DNA of 64,000 nucleotides from Bacteroidota bacterium (GTDB lineage Bacteria; Bacteroidota; Bacteroidia; Sphingobacteriales; Sphingobacteriaceae): NCBI GenBank assembly GCA_040386095.1, contig JAZKGD010000001.1, positions 1,467,530 to 1,531,529 of the forward strand, read 5' to 3'. Shown piece by piece: positions 47,868 to 58,414 of this stretch (position 1 is its first letter; each line of letters starts with the position of its first letter). The notes under the pieces were generated by a model. It saw only the letters and a program-made list of their open reading frames with translations, ran no database searches and was not told where the DNA came from. The position numbers and the translations under genes were made by a program.

Positions 47868-48443
47868 ATGAAGACACTGGTTGTAGTATTTATTTTGAGT
47901 TTAGTTATCGGCTGTACGCAAGAACACGTGAATAACCCTAAACCAAAGGGATATTTCCGTATTAAATTTCCTGAAAAAACGTATAAAACATACAATTCAG
48001 ATGCACCCTTTACTTTTGAATATCCTACGTATGCCCTAATGGTAAAGGATACAGAAGCAAGTGCGCAACCTTTTTGGAATAATTTAGACTTTCCTCAATT
48101 TAATGGCCGATTGCATCTTACCTACCATGGTGTTTTTTCGGAGCAGAATTATAACAAAATGACGGAGGCGGCCAGAACATTAGCCATGAAACATAGTGTT
48201 AAGGCAAGTGCGATAGATCAGCGAATGATTAACTATCCTGACAAGAAAGTATATGGCGTTTATTATGAAATTCAGGGTAATACGGCCTCTTCGGTACAGT
48301 TTTTTTTAACAGACAGTGCAAAGCACTATTTTAGAGGGGCCCTCTATTTTAATGAGGCTCCACAATATGATTCCATTCAGCCGATAATTAAATTTATTAA
48401 AAAAGATATCGATCGAATGATAGAAACGTTTAGATGGAAATAA
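47868..48443 (+). CDS. gldD: Gliding-motility lipoprotein GldD-like
   Basis: Lipobox VIGC, PKPKGYFRI, GNTASSVQFFLTDS and HYFRGALYF. Confidence 0.8.
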   Translation: MKTLVVVFILSLVIGCTQEHVNNPKPKGYFRIKFPEKTYKTYNSDAPFTFEYPTYALMVKDTEASAQPFWNNLDFPQFNGRLHLTYHGVFSEQNYNKMTEAARTLAMKHSVKASAIDQRMINYPDKKVYGVYYEIQGNTASSVQFFLTDSAKHYFRGALYFNEAPQYDSIQPIIKFIKKDIDRMIETFRWK

Positions 48444-49069
48444 AAAAATTCACCTTTAACCCTTACCAAGAAAATACCTACGTTTTATACGATGAGAGTG
48501 GCGCTTGTGTAATTATTGACCCAGGAATGTATACCGGGGCCGAACAAAACGAATTAGTTGCTTTTATTAAAGCAAATGATCTTAAACCAGAGCGTTTATT
48601 AAATACACATTGTCATATTGATCATGTACTGGGGAATAAATTTGTATTCGACAACTGGGGGTTAAAACCAGAATGTCATAAGGGAGAATTGTATATCTTA
48701 CAAGCCGTTGCTGGTTATGCCCCTCAAATGGGGATGCATTACGAGCTTTCGCCAGAACCTGAGCACTTTTTGCCTGAAACAGGAACAATTACTTTCGGGA
48801 ATAGTAGTTTAACCTTGGTTTTTGCGCCAGGACATTCACCAGCACATCTATGTTTTTATGCGGAGGCAGAAAATTTTTTAATCGGTGGTGATGTTTTATT
48901 TTATCGCAGCATCGGAAGAACAGATTTGCCTGGTGGTAACCATCAACAATTGATCGATAGTATTAAGAATACTGTATTTCTGTTGCCAGATACCTGTGAA
49001 GTTTTTCCTGGCCATGGTCCATCTACAACAATTGGCTTCGAAAAAATGAATAATCCCTTCTTAATTTAA
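48434..49069 (+). CDS. MBL-fold metallo-hydrolase (glyoxalase II/YcbL-like)
   Basis: THCHIDH, PGHS, GDVLF and PGHG motifs. Confidence 0.92.
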   Translation: MEIKKFTFNPYQENTYVLYDESGACVIIDPGMYTGAEQNELVAFIKANDLKPERLLNTHCHIDHVLGNKFVFDNWGLKPECHKGELYILQAVAGYAPQMGMHYELSPEPEHFLPETGTITFGNSSLTLVFAPGHSPAHLCFYAEAENFLIGGDVLFYRSIGRTDLPGGNHQQLIDSIKNTVFLLPDTCEVFPGHGPSTTIGFEKMNNPFLI

Positions 49070-49114
49070 TCCGCTAAGCGCCAAACGCTCAACGCTTTTT
49101 ACTATCTTTACAGC

Positions 49115-50347
49115 GTGAATACCGCACTATACATTGCCAAAAGGTATCTTTTCGCAAAAAAATCTACCAATGCCATAAATATTATTTCGGCAATTTCTGT
49201 ATTGGGCGTTTTTGTAGGCACAACAGCACTAATTATTATTTTATCAGTTTTTAATGGGTTTGAAGATGTGGTCTTGAAAATGTTCAATACCATTTCACCA
49301 CAGCTTCTTATTACACCAGCTAAAGGCAAAACCTTTGACCCCAATCATAGTTATTTGCTTCAGCTAAAAAAAAGTGAAAAGGTATATTCCTATACCGAAG
49401 TTTTATCGGAAAATGCATTGGTATGGTATAAGGATAAGCAATCGCCAGCTTTAATTAAAGGGGTGAGTACCGATTTTCTTAAAAATAAAAGCTTAGACAG
49501 TATAACGATTGATGGACAATTTATTTTGCAGAATGCGGCTGGACCAAATGCTGTAGTAGGTTCGGCTTTGCAGGCTTATCTGAACGTTAACCCAAGCGAT
49601 CCATTTGATAAATTACAAATATACTCGCCAAAAAAAGGGTTGAAAGTGCCTTCCATTAACCCTATGGATGATTTTAATGCCTTGTCGATCGCGCCGTCTG
49701 GCATCTTTGAAGTACAACAAGACTTTGATAATACAGCAATTGTACCACTATCATTTGCAAGAGAATTATTTGGTGAAGAAAAAAAGATTTCGGCTATAGA
49801 AATTAATTTAAATGGTAATGAGGATGTTGAAGAGTTAAAAAAAGCGATCGAATTAGCACTAGGAGATTCATTCGTCGTGAAAAATAGAATAGAACAAAAT
49901 CAGGCCTTATATAATGTACTTGGGTCAGAGAAATGGATGGTTTATATTATCTTAACTTTTATTTTAATTATCGCGATATTTAATATTATTGGTTCATTAA
50001 CAATGCTAGTAATCGAAAAATTAAAAGATATTTCTATTTTAAATAGTTTAGGGGCGGGTAAGAAGCTTATTAAGCAAATTTTTTTAGTCGAAGGAATGAT
50101 GATTACGCTAGCAGGTTGTGTTTTTGGTTTAATTGCTGGATTTGTTTTTTGTATACTGCAACAATTATATGGCTTTGTTAAAATGGGTGAGGCCACTCTT
50201 CTTGTAACAAATGCTTACCCAATAGGATTAAAATGGAGCGATTTTCTGCTAGTATTTATAACCGTTAGCTTATTTTCTTTTCTTGCCTCATCATTGGCAG
50301 CAAATTTAAGCGTTAAGAAGATAGATAAATTAAACCAAGATCTTTAA
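49115..50347 (+). CDS. ABC transporter permease, LolC/E-FtsX family
   Basis: AKRYLF, LSVFNGF, a periplasmic domain and three C-terminal TMs. Confidence 0.88.
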   Translation: MNTALYIAKRYLFAKKSTNAINIISAISVLGVFVGTTALIIILSVFNGFEDVVLKMFNTISPQLLITPAKGKTFDPNHSYLLQLKKSEKVYSYTEVLSENALVWYKDKQSPALIKGVSTDFLKNKSLDSITIDGQFILQNAAGPNAVVGSALQAYLNVNPSDPFDKLQIYSPKKGLKVPSINPMDDFNALSIAPSGIFEVQQDFDNTAIVPLSFARELFGEEKKISAIEINLNGNEDVEELKKAIELALGDSFVVKNRIEQNQALYNVLGSEKWMVYIILTFILIIAIFNIIGSLTMLVIEKLKDISILNSLGAGKKLIKQIFLVEGMMITLAGCVFGLIAGFVFCILQQLYGFVKMGEATLLVTNAYPIGLKWSDFLLVFITVSLFSFLASSLAANLSVKKIDKLNQDL

Positions 50348-50724
50348 TGAAAATAAAGAATAACATAGCTTTGGGTATTTTGCTTTTTGTAATAGGGTGT
50401 ACAGGCGATAAAAATGAAACCAAAGAGGAAACTAAAATTCAAGTAGCAAAGGGCTTATATAGTTTTGGCCCGGAGGTAAAAACATTTACCTCTTGCGATA
50501 ATAGCAAAGAGTACTGGGTTGCAGATAGTGCAAAAACGTTAGAATTAGCCTATCACAATCTAGGTTTTGAGAAGCCTTATATTCCAGTTTATGTTGAAGT
50601 AGAGTACCACTATATAAAATCAGCTACTCTAGCGGCTTCGGCTAATTACGACTCGACCATGGTGGTTACAAAATTGCTTAAAATTAGCAAGGAAATTCCA
50701 TCAGGACCATGTGCTCCGCGTTAG
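50347..50724 (+). CDS. Hypothetical lipoprotein (NlpE C-terminal OB-like)
   Basis: Lipobox VIGC and the GLYSFGPEVKTFTSC...YWV pattern. Confidence 0.55.
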   Translation: MKIKNNIALGILLFVIGCTGDKNETKEETKIQVAKGLYSFGPEVKTFTSCDNSKEYWVADSAKTLELAYHNLGFEKPYIPVYVEVEYHYIKSATLAASANYDSTMVVTKLLKISKEIPSGPCAPR

Positions 50725-50738
50725 ATTTAGGAAGAAGT

Positions 50739-51593
50739 CTAACTGCTTACATAAATACTTTCAGTGAGCTCTGGAATAATTCCTTTTTCTATTGCCTTGT
50801 TAAATAACGTATCGATGGCATTTCTGCCATCTTTGCCATGGTTAATCGAATATTGATTAACATATAATTCAATGTGCTTATACATTACTTCTTCCTTCAT
50901 TTCTTGAGCATGTTCACGAATAAACTTTAGTCCCGACTTTGGATTAGCAAAAGCATATTCTAATGATTTTCTAATTAGTCGATCTACTTTTTGCTGAATG
51001 CTTACATCAAGTTCTCTATTCACAACAATGCCACCCAGTGGGATAGCACAGCCGGTTAATTGCTCCCAGTAATTCCCGAGGTCTAAAATTTTAGCTAAGC
51101 CTTTTTCTTGGTATGTAAAGCGATTTTCGTGAATGATTAAGCCGATATCAATTTTGCCTTCAATTAATGCATTTTCGATTTCGTTAAATACCATTTCCTT
51201 TTTTTTCGTTAGCTGAGGATATGCAATCCCTAATAAGAAATTGGCAGTGGTGTACTTTCCAGGGATTCCGACGGTAAGCATTGAGCTTTGGGCATCGAGC
51301 ATGGTAGTAATATGGTCTAAATTTTCTTGTCTACAGATTAACAAAGGCCCCACACCAAAGCCTAAGGCACTACCCGCACTTAATAATGCATATTTATCGA
51401 TCACATAAGCAAACGCGTGAAAACTAAGTTTGGTAATATCCAACTTGCCGTCCAATGCTTTTTGATTTAGGGTTTCTACATCATCAAAAGAAACGTCGAA
51501 TGTTAAGCCCTCGGTATCTATTTTATGGTGAATTAAAGCATCGAAAATAAAGGTATCGTTAGGGCAAGGCGAAAAACCTAAAGTTAGATTCAT
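50739..51593 (-). CDS. mqnD: 1,4-dihydroxy-6-naphthoate synthase (futalosine pathway)
   Basis: GFSPCPNDTFIF, DVETLN, GYGxGP-like GFGVGP, IHENRF and PLGG motifs. Confidence 0.9.
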   Translation of the reverse strand: MNLTLGFSPCPNDTFIFDALIHHKIDTEGLTFDVSFDDVETLNQKALDGKLDITKLSFHAFAYVIDKYALLSAGSALGFGVGPLLICRQENLDHITTMLDAQSSMLTVGIPGKYTTANFLLGIAYPQLTKKKEMVFNEIENALIEGKIDIGLIIHENRFTYQEKGLAKILDLGNYWEQLTGCAIPLGGIVVNRELDVSIQQKVDRLIRKSLEYAFANPKSGLKFIREHAQEMKEEVMYKHIELYVNQYSINHGKDGRNAIDTLFNKAIEKGIIPELTESIYVSS

Positions 51594-52222
51594 AAGGTAA
51601 GATATTTAATTAACCACTCGTTTAAATTTTTTATAGCCAGTGCTATTTTCCAGTTATCTCTATTTCTTTGCTCTATATAATTGGAAATGCTTCTAATCTG
51701 CAAAACAGGAATATTGAAGTGTTCGCAGGCATAAAAAACAGCCGCACCTTCCATACTTTCGGTTTTAACATCAAATCTTTCCAACGTTTGTTGTATACTT
51801 TTGGTATTGCCGTGGACCTTATTTACAGTAATGCCTTTTACAGTGGGTAGCTCTTTAATTAAACTATTTTCTGATGTAAAAGTTGATAGATATGAGCTTT
51901 TTCCAAACCCAAGTTCATCAATGCTAATAAAATTTGTCCCATCTTCGGCACCAAGCTCAGAAAAAGTATCGGTAGTAACGTTAACCATTGCTCCAAGTGC
52001 AAGTGCTTGATCAAAACTTCCGGCAATGCCAACATTTAAAACTAAACTATAGCCTTCATTTAGCCGCTTACCTAGCTCAAATGCAGTAGCTGCTATACCC
52101 ACTCCGGTAATAAGAATATCGAAATCGGGATGTTCAACAAAATTAGCATTTTGCCATCCAAAGTGCTCAAAAGTTTGAGCCAATTCTCCGTAAGTTGCTG
52201 CAACGATAAGGGTTTTTTTCAT
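51590..52222 (-). CDS. mqnB: Futalosine hydrolase (PNP/MTAN fold)
   Basis: ITGVG, NVGIAGS, ESMEGAA and RSISN motifs; overlaps mqnD. Confidence 0.85.
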   Translation of the reverse strand: MKKTLIVAATYGELAQTFEHFGWQNANFVEHPDFDILITGVGIAATAFELGKRLNEGYSLVLNVGIAGSFDQALALGAMVNVTTDTFSELGAEDGTNFISIDELGFGKSSYLSTFTSENSLIKELPTVKGITVNKVHGNTKSIQQTLERFDVKTESMEGAAVFYACEHFNIPVLQIRSISNYIEQRNRDNWKIALAIKNLNEWLIKYLTL

Positions 52223-52248
52223 TGGTTCATTAGTTCATTTGTCTCACT

Positions 52249-52297
52249 CTCCACTCTCCACTCTCCACGCTCCACGCTCCACGCTCCACGCTCCACG
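52249..52297. repeat. Heptanucleotide tandem repeat (CTCCACT)2(CTCCACG)5
   Basis: Seven consecutive 7-nt units in the mqnB/queD divergent intergenic region. Confidence 0.92.
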
Positions 52298-52384
52298 CAT
52301 TTTTGGTCAGCAATTTAGCAATAAAACAATAAACCGATTAAAACAATTAACCATTCTGTATATTTGCTTTTTATTTTTTTAACA

Positions 52385-52795
52385 ATGATTTACATCACGC
52401 GCCGCGAAAGCTTTAATGCAGCCCACAAATTATCTAGGAACGATTGGAGCCAAGATAAAAATACCGAAGTATATGGAAAGTGTGCCAACCCAAATTGGCA
52501 TGGGCATAATTATCACTTATATGTAACTGTTAAGGGAGAAGTTAACCCAGAAACCGGATTTTTGGTAGATTTGAAATGGTTAAAGCAAATTATTAACACT
52601 CACGTTATTGATAAAGTTGATCATAGAAATTTAAATTTAGATGTAGACTTTATGAAAGATAAATTAGCATCCACTGAAAATCTTGCGATTGCCATCTGGG
52701 ATATTTTATCGCCCCATATTAACGATAGTAATGCACAATTGCATTGTATTAAAATTTACGAAACTGAAAATAACTTTGTAGAGTACTTTGGTTAA
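52385..52795 (+). CDS. queD: 6-carboxytetrahydropterin synthase (PTPS/QueD family)
   Basis: FNAAH, HGHNY, DHRNLN, STEN and ETENN motifs. Confidence 0.88.
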   Translation: MIYITRRESFNAAHKLSRNDWSQDKNTEVYGKCANPNWHGHNYHLYVTVKGEVNPETGFLVDLKWLKQIINTHVIDKVDHRNLNLDVDFMKDKLASTENLAIAIWDILSPHINDSNAQLHCIKIYETENNFVEYFG

Positions 52796-52806
52796 AATCA
52801 AATTGG

Positions 52807-53442
52807 ATGAAGAACGACAAATACGATCACGATGATGAAATTATGGGCTATCAAAAAATAGACCGATACGACGACAAAAAAATAGAATCAGTAGCCAGAC
52901 ACTATAAAGATATTTTAGGAAACCTCGGAGAAAATCCCGAGCGTGAAGGTTTACTTAAAACACCCGAGCGTGTGGCAAAAGCCCTGCAATTCCTTACCCA
53001 TGGATACGATATCCACCCCGAGGAAATTCTTCGTTCGGCTATGTTTAAAGAAGATTATAGCCAAATGGTAGTGGTAAAAGACATCGAGATTTTCTCTATG
53101 TGTGAACACCATATGCTACCATTTTTTGGTAAAGCGCATATCGCTTATATTCCAAACGGACATATCGTTGGTCTTAGTAAAATACCAAGAGTAGTTGATG
53201 CATTTGCTCGCAGATTACAGGTTCAGGAACGCTTAACTAACGAAATTAGAGACTGTATTCAAGACACTTTACAGCCAGCAGGAGTAGCTGTTGTAATGGA
53301 ATGCAAACATTTGTGCATGGCGATGCGTGGTGTACAAAAACAGAACTCAGTAACTACAACATCGGCCTTTACCGGAGGTTTTTTAAGTAATGACAAAACT
53401 AGGGCAGAGTTTTTGAGGTTAATTACAGCAAACTTACACTAA
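52807..53442 (+). CDS. folE: GTP cyclohydrolase I
   Basis: [29 protein letters not shown] and HLCMAMRG motifs. Confidence 0.96.
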   Translation: MKNDKYDHDDEIMGYQKIDRYDDKKIESVARHYKDILGNLGENPEREGLLKTPERVAKALQFLTHGYDIHPEEILRSAMFKEDYSQMVVVKDIEIFSMCEHHMLPFFGKAHIAYIPNGHIVGLSKIPRVVDAFARRLQVQERLTNEIRDCIQDTLQPAGVAVVMECKHLCMAMRGVQKQNSVTTTSAFTGGFLSNDKTRAEFLRLITANLH

Positions 53443-53466
53443 CGGGTGTTGGGCTTGGAGCAAGGA

Positions 53467-53630
53467 GCCCCATGCCCAAGGTAAAAAACTAAACAAACAA
53501 AGGCTAGGAACAGAGAGATAAGGACTTTAAGCTCCATGCCCCAAGCAAAAAAACTAACAAACAAAAGCTAGGAACACGAAACAAAGAATTCCAAGCCCCG
53601 TGCCCCACGCAATAACAAACAAAACAAGTA
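53467..53630. repeat. Imperfect 64-nt tandem repeat, about 2.5 units
   Basis: Units begin GC(C/T)CC(A/G)TGCCC at 53467, 53531 and 53595; the first two share AAAAAACTAA-CAAACAAA-GCTAGGAACA. Confidence 0.75.
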
Positions 53631-53635
53631 AAAAA

Positions 53636-54517
53636 ATGAAAGCATATATTTTTCCAGGACAAGGCGCTCAATTTTCAGGGATGGGGAAAGACCTTTATGA
53701 AAACCCGTTAGCAAAAGAATTATTTGAACAAGCAAATGAAATCATTGGTTTCAGAATTAGCGACGTAATGTTTAATGGTTCAGATGAAGAACTTAAGCAA
53801 ACTAACGTTACGCAACCGGCTATATTCTTACACTCGGTTATTTTGGCCAAAGTTTTGGGAGACGATTTTAAGCCAGAAATGGTAGCAGGACACTCTCTAG
53901 GTGAATTCTCGGCATTAGTTGCTGCCAATGCACTAAGTTTTGAAGATGGCCTAAAATTGGTAATATCAAGAGCTAACGCGATGCAAAAGGCATGCGAGTT
54001 ACAACCTTCTACTATGGCAGCTATTTTAGGCCTTGCCGATGAGGTGGTAGAAGAAATATGTGCGAGTATAACGCATGTGGTTGTTCCGGCAAACTATAAT
54101 TGCCCAGGTCAGCTCGTAATTTCAGGAAGTATTGAAGGAATTGATGAAGCTTGTGAAAAACTTACCGCTGCGGGAGCCAAAAGAGCTTTAAAATTAAATG
54201 TAGGTGGAGCATTCCACTCCCCATTAATGGAACCGGCAAAAATTGAATTACAAGAGGCGATAGAAAATACCACTATATTAACTCCAGTTTGCCCGATTTA
54301 TCAAAATATAAATGCAAAACCAACTAGTGATCCAGCTACCATTAAACAGAATTTGATTGCACAATTAACTGGAGCTGTAAGGTGGACACAAACTGCAACC
54401 AACATGATTGCAGATGGTGGAACAGAATTTGTAGAAGTTGGACCAGGTAATGTATTGCAGGGGTTGATTAGAAAGGTAAGCAGAGAGGTGCAAACAAGTA
54501 GTGCAGGCAGCGTCTAG
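53636..54517 (+). CDS. fabD: Malonyl CoA-ACP transacylase
   Basis: FPGQGAQ, TQPA, GHSLGE, NYNCPGQ, AFHS and EVGPG motifs. Confidence 0.96.
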   Translation: MKAYIFPGQGAQFSGMGKDLYENPLAKELFEQANEIIGFRISDVMFNGSDEELKQTNVTQPAIFLHSVILAKVLGDDFKPEMVAGHSLGEFSALVAANALSFEDGLKLVISRANAMQKACELQPSTMAAILGLADEVVEEICASITHVVVPANYNCPGQLVISGSIEGIDEACEKLTAAGAKRALKLNVGGAFHSPLMEPAKIELQEAIENTTILTPVCPIYQNINAKPTSDPATIKQNLIAQLTGAVRWTQTATNMIADGGTEFVEVGPGNVLQGLIRKVSREVQTSSAGSV

Positions 54518-54580
54518 CATTAAGCGTACAGAACGCCAAACGCTTACCGCTTAACTTTTAAAAAACTAAACAGCAATAAA

Positions 54581-57500
54581 GTGAGTATAGGAGGTAAAAT
54601 CAGGTTTTTGTTATTGATTTTTGGCATTTGCTGTATCATTACAGCATTGTCTTTAAATCATGCAATTACCCGAGCTGATCTCTTAACACATGAAGCCAAC
54701 GAGCTACAAGAGAATCTCAACGAAAAAGAAAGAATAGTCCAAAATTTTCTTGCCAATCCAAGTCAGGTTAACACAGCTAAGTCTTTTGATAAAAATGGCG
54801 AGAATGCATTAAAGTTTATCGATACCTATAGACCACAAGGCATAAATCTTTTAGTATTTAAAAAAAATGCCCTTCAATTTTGGAGCTCATCTAAAATACT
54901 GCCTGCGCTTAATAAAATAAAGGAAGGCACCTCTTTTTATCCATCAAGAAATGGACAGTATGAGTTGATAAGGAAAACAGATGGAGAGTATACATTTGTT
55001 TTTTTTATTGTCCTGAAAACCCAGTTTTTAATCGAAAATCAGTATCTAAAAAATGAGATTTCGCCCGATTTATTCGCTAATCGTAGCTTAGATATAGCTG
55101 GGTTTACTGATAAAGAAATACGTAATATTTTTAGCATAAATAAAGATTATTTATTTCAGGTTAAACTGAACGATTCATATACGGGTGGTATTTATACCAA
55201 TATCCAGTTATGGCTTTGGATAATTGGCATATTTGCGATTTGTTTATTCGTTAATTCGTTTTGTACATGGTTGGTTAACAATGGAGCAGTGGTGCCTGGG
55301 ATGGCTATTTTAACCATTTTCTTTTGCGCATTACGCCTTTCTGACCTTCAGTTTTTTTGGCTTAATCATCAGTTTAATCTCGAAATATTTAACCCCACTA
55401 TTTATGCGCAAAGTGATCTATTACCTTCGCTGGGCGATTTTCTTCTCAATATACTCGCTATAACCTGGACATGTTTATTTGTCTACACCCATCGGCAGAA
55501 ACTACATGTACCCGAGTGGGCATCCCAACGTAAGTGGTTTGCTGTACTCGTTCATCTATGTTTCTTACTTATTTTATCGGCTATTGCATTGTTAATAGAG
55601 GATGTATTCTTTGGACTTATCGATAATTCCAAAATCAATTTCGACATTACCAATATCATTAACTTAAATTTTACCAGTTTTATCTGTATTCTTATTTTAT
55701 GCCTAGTTTGGTTTAATATTTTCTTAACTGCTACGGTTTTTATTGAGGTAAGTAAGCAATTTAATATTAGCAATAAACAAAGGACTATTTTATTCATCGT
55801 CAGTCTATCTGCCTATTTTATCTATAAGGTAATCGACGATTTCAATGTATACTTTCTAGTATATGCCCTATTTATTTTTGTCATTTGTTGGAACAATTAT
55901 ATGCAGAATAGGAGATTTTATATCAGCGTATACGCAATCCTATTCTTCTGTATGGCGTTTCTTACCGCCTTAAAGTATATCAAATTTATCGATATAAAAG
56001 AGCGTTCGGTAAGGAAGGGAATTGCTCAGAAATTGAGACGAACGGATGAGCCAAAAGTGATTAGTTCGATAACGAGTTTTGAAAATAAAATTTCAAGAGA
56101 TTCTTTAATCGTCGACTATTTTAAACATCCTCAACGAACACAATCCTTCCAAATACATAACTATATCACCAAAAACTACCTCGATGGCTATCTTTCTCGC
56201 TATGAGTATAAAATATTTGAATACAATAACATTGATTCGACTTTTCAAGACGAAAATAATATACCGCTGTCCAATTATAGGTCATTAGTTCTTACTGGGG
56301 CGTTAAAAATTCAGGATTCAGACTATTTTTATCGCATTAACGATACTTTTGGCTTCCAAAAATATTTTGGAATTATCCCCATTTTCGATATGGAGAATAT
56401 TATAGGGTTTATGGTAATTGAACTTACCTCACAACCTTATGATTATAATATTAATTTTCCTGAACTTTTGATAGATGGGACGTTAAAAAGTGACGAAGAT
56501 TATAGTTCATATTCCTTTGCCTTTTATAAGGATAATAAGCTTTTTAGTCAATCGGGAAAGTATACCTATAAAACCATAAATCAATTTGAAGGTGCAATAG
56601 ATATGGTTGTATTTAGAAATGAGTTTAATCCCGATTATAATCATGCTATTTATAAATCTGATAAGAACAAAACTATTGTGATTAGTAAAGAACGGATGTC
56701 GTATACCATTCGCTTGGCTACATTATCCTTTTTCTTTTTAGTATTTATTCTTTTTAGCGCGGTTCTTTATTGCCTTTTATGGCTGTTTAATACCATAAAT
56801 AATCAACAATCGGGATGGTTTAATGTAAACCGATATCTGATGATTAATGCTAATAAAATTTTATATAAAACACGGATACAAGTTACCATTGTGCTTGCCG
56901 TAGTGGCTACATTGTTAATTGTTGGGTGGACCACCTTTTACTATATCAAGGATGAATATATTGGGCAACAAGAGGACGAAATAAGAGAAAAAGTACGAAA
57001 GGTGCAGTTAGCTTATGAGAAAAAATTACTCACAAATGGCTTACGAAATGATGAGCGAGCTAGATATGAATTTAATCGGTTTGCTGATGATAACGCCATT
57101 TTTTTAAATCTATATACTGCAAAGGGCGATATGTATCTTACCTCCCTGCGCAAGATGTACGAATATGGAATTCTTGGTCCAAAAATAGCACCTAAAGCAT
57201 TTGTAAACCTGCATACCAACCAAAAATCTGAGTTTATTAATGCAGCCGAAAAGATAGGCAGTTTTACCTACGCAGCTGGCTATGCGCCAATTCGAAACGA
57301 CAAAAATCAAACCATCGCCTACATCGGTGTACCTTATTATAGTAACGAAGCAGATTATCAGGGTAAAATAGGTTTATTTATTAATACCTTAATAAATATT
57401 TATGCACTGGTTTTTGTACTAATAGGTGTATTGGCTGTCTTTTTAGCCAATCAAATTACGCATCCCTTAACCTTTATTCAAGAAAGTATAAAGAAAACCA

Positions 57501-58306
57501 AGCTTGGTCAACGAAATCAACCTATTGTATGGCATAGGCAGGATGAAATTGGTTCGATGATTAAGGAGTATAATAAAATGTTAGCCGCTTTAGAGAAGAG
57601 CGCGGTTAAGCTAGCACGATCTGAAAGAGAAAGTGCATGGCGAGAAATGGCTAAACAAGTGGCACATGAGATTAAAAACCCACTTACTCCGTTAAAATTA
57701 GGTGTTCAGCTTTTGGAGAAATCGTGGAAAGAGCAAGACCCTAATTTTGAAAAAAAGTTTGCAAGTTTTAATAAGTCATTTATTGAACAGATCGATAGTT
57801 TAGCCACTATTGCTTCTGAATTCTCAAACTTTGCAAAAATGCCGGATACTAAATTAGAAAACCTCGAACTGGTTCCTATAATAGAACAGGCTATACGTGT
57901 GTTTAATTCAATAGATAATGTAGAAATTAGCATGACCAATCAGGTGAAAGGAGATTTGCTTGTATTAGGCGATAAAGACCAATTGCTACGAACCTTTAAT
58001 AACCTCCTAAAAAATGCCATCGAGGCAACAGAAGGAAAAGAAAGGGGCGTGATTAGAATAAAAATTATAAACGATCAGAAGTTCGCTTTTGTAGAAGTAG
58101 AAGATAATGGAAAAGGAATAGATGAAGAGTTACAACACAAAATCTTTGTGCCAAATTTCACTACAAAATCTTCTGGTACAGGTTTAGGTTTAGCATTTGT
58201 TAAGCAAGCCATAGAAAATGCTGGTGGAACTATTCATTTTAACTCATTGCCTAATGCAGGTACTACATTTTATTTAAGTTTTCCGTTGGCAAGTATAGAA
58301 GCTTAA
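54581..58306 (+). CDS. Large multi-TM sensor histidine kinase (NtrY-like, HAMP-HisKA-HATPase)
   Basis: AKQVAHEIKNPLTP, FNNLLKNA, EDNGKG and FTTKSSGTGLGL motifs. Confidence 0.92.
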   Translation: MSIGGKIRFLLLIFGICCIITALSLNHAITRADLLTHEANELQENLNEKERIVQNFLANPSQVNTAKSFDKNGENALKFIDTYRPQGINLLVFKKNALQFWSSSKILPALNKIKEGTSFYPSRNGQYELIRKTDGEYTFVFFIVLKTQFLIENQYLKNEISPDLFANRSLDIAGFTDKEIRNIFSINKDYLFQVKLNDSYTGGIYTNIQLWLWIIGIFAICLFVNSFCTWLVNNGAVVPGMAILTIFFCALRLSDLQFFWLNHQFNLEIFNPTIYAQSDLLPSLGDFLLNILAITWTCLFVYTHRQKLHVPEWASQRKWFAVLVHLCFLLILSAIALLIEDVFFGLIDNSKINFDITNIINLNFTSFICILILCLVWFNIFLTATVFIEVSKQFNISNKQRTILFIVSLSAYFIYKVIDDFNVYFLVYALFIFVICWNNYMQNRRFYISVYAILFFCMAFLTALKYIKFIDIKERSVRKGIAQKLRRTDEPKVISSITSFENKISRDSLIVDYFKHPQRTQSFQIHNYITKNYLDGYLSRYEYKIFEYNNIDSTFQDENNIPLSNYRSLVLTGALKIQDSDYFYRINDTFGFQKYFGIIPIFDMENIIGFMVIELTSQPYDYNINFPELLIDGTLKSDEDYSSYSFAFYKDNKLFSQSGKYTYKTINQFEGAIDMVVFRNEFNPDYNHAIYKSDKNKTIVISKERMSYTIRLATLSFFFLVFILFSAVLYCLLWLFNTINNQQSGWFNVNRYLMINANKILYKTRIQVTIVLAVVATLLIVGWTTFYYIKDEYIGQQEDEIREKVRKVQLAYEKKLLTNGLRNDERARYEFNRFADDNAIFLNLYTAKGDMYLTSLRKMYEYGILGPKIAPKAFVNLHTNQKSEFINAAEKIGSFTYAAGYAPIRNDKNQTIAYIGVPYYSNEADYQGKIGLFINTLINIYALVFVLIGVLAVFLANQITHPLTFIQESIKKTKLGQRNQPIVWHRQDEIGSMIKEYNKMLAALEKSAVKLARSERESAWREMAKQVAHEIKNPLTPLKLGVQLLEKSWKEQDPNFEKKFASFNKSFIEQIDSLATIASEFSNFAKMPDTKLENLELVPIIEQAIRVFNSIDNVEISMTNQVKGDLLVLGDKDQLLRTFNNLLKNAIEATEGKERGVIRIKIINDQKFAFVEVEDNGKGIDEELQHKIFVPNFTTKSSGTGLGLAFVKQAIENAGGTIHFNSLPNAGTTFYLSFPLASIEA

Positions 58307-58315
58307 AGACTTTTT

Positions 58316-58395
58316 ACCACCTAAGATACCCGAGGCACCTAAGGATCATATTTCCAGATCACCTGACTAGGGTTCTTTTTGGTGTCTAAGGTGGT
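58316..58395. repeat. REP-like imperfect inverted repeat between convergent genes
   Basis: ACCACCTAAGATACC / GGTGTCTAAGGTGGT (13/15 complementary). Confidence 0.55.
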
Positions 58396-58414
58396 GCAAA
58401 TTGGGATTAAAACC

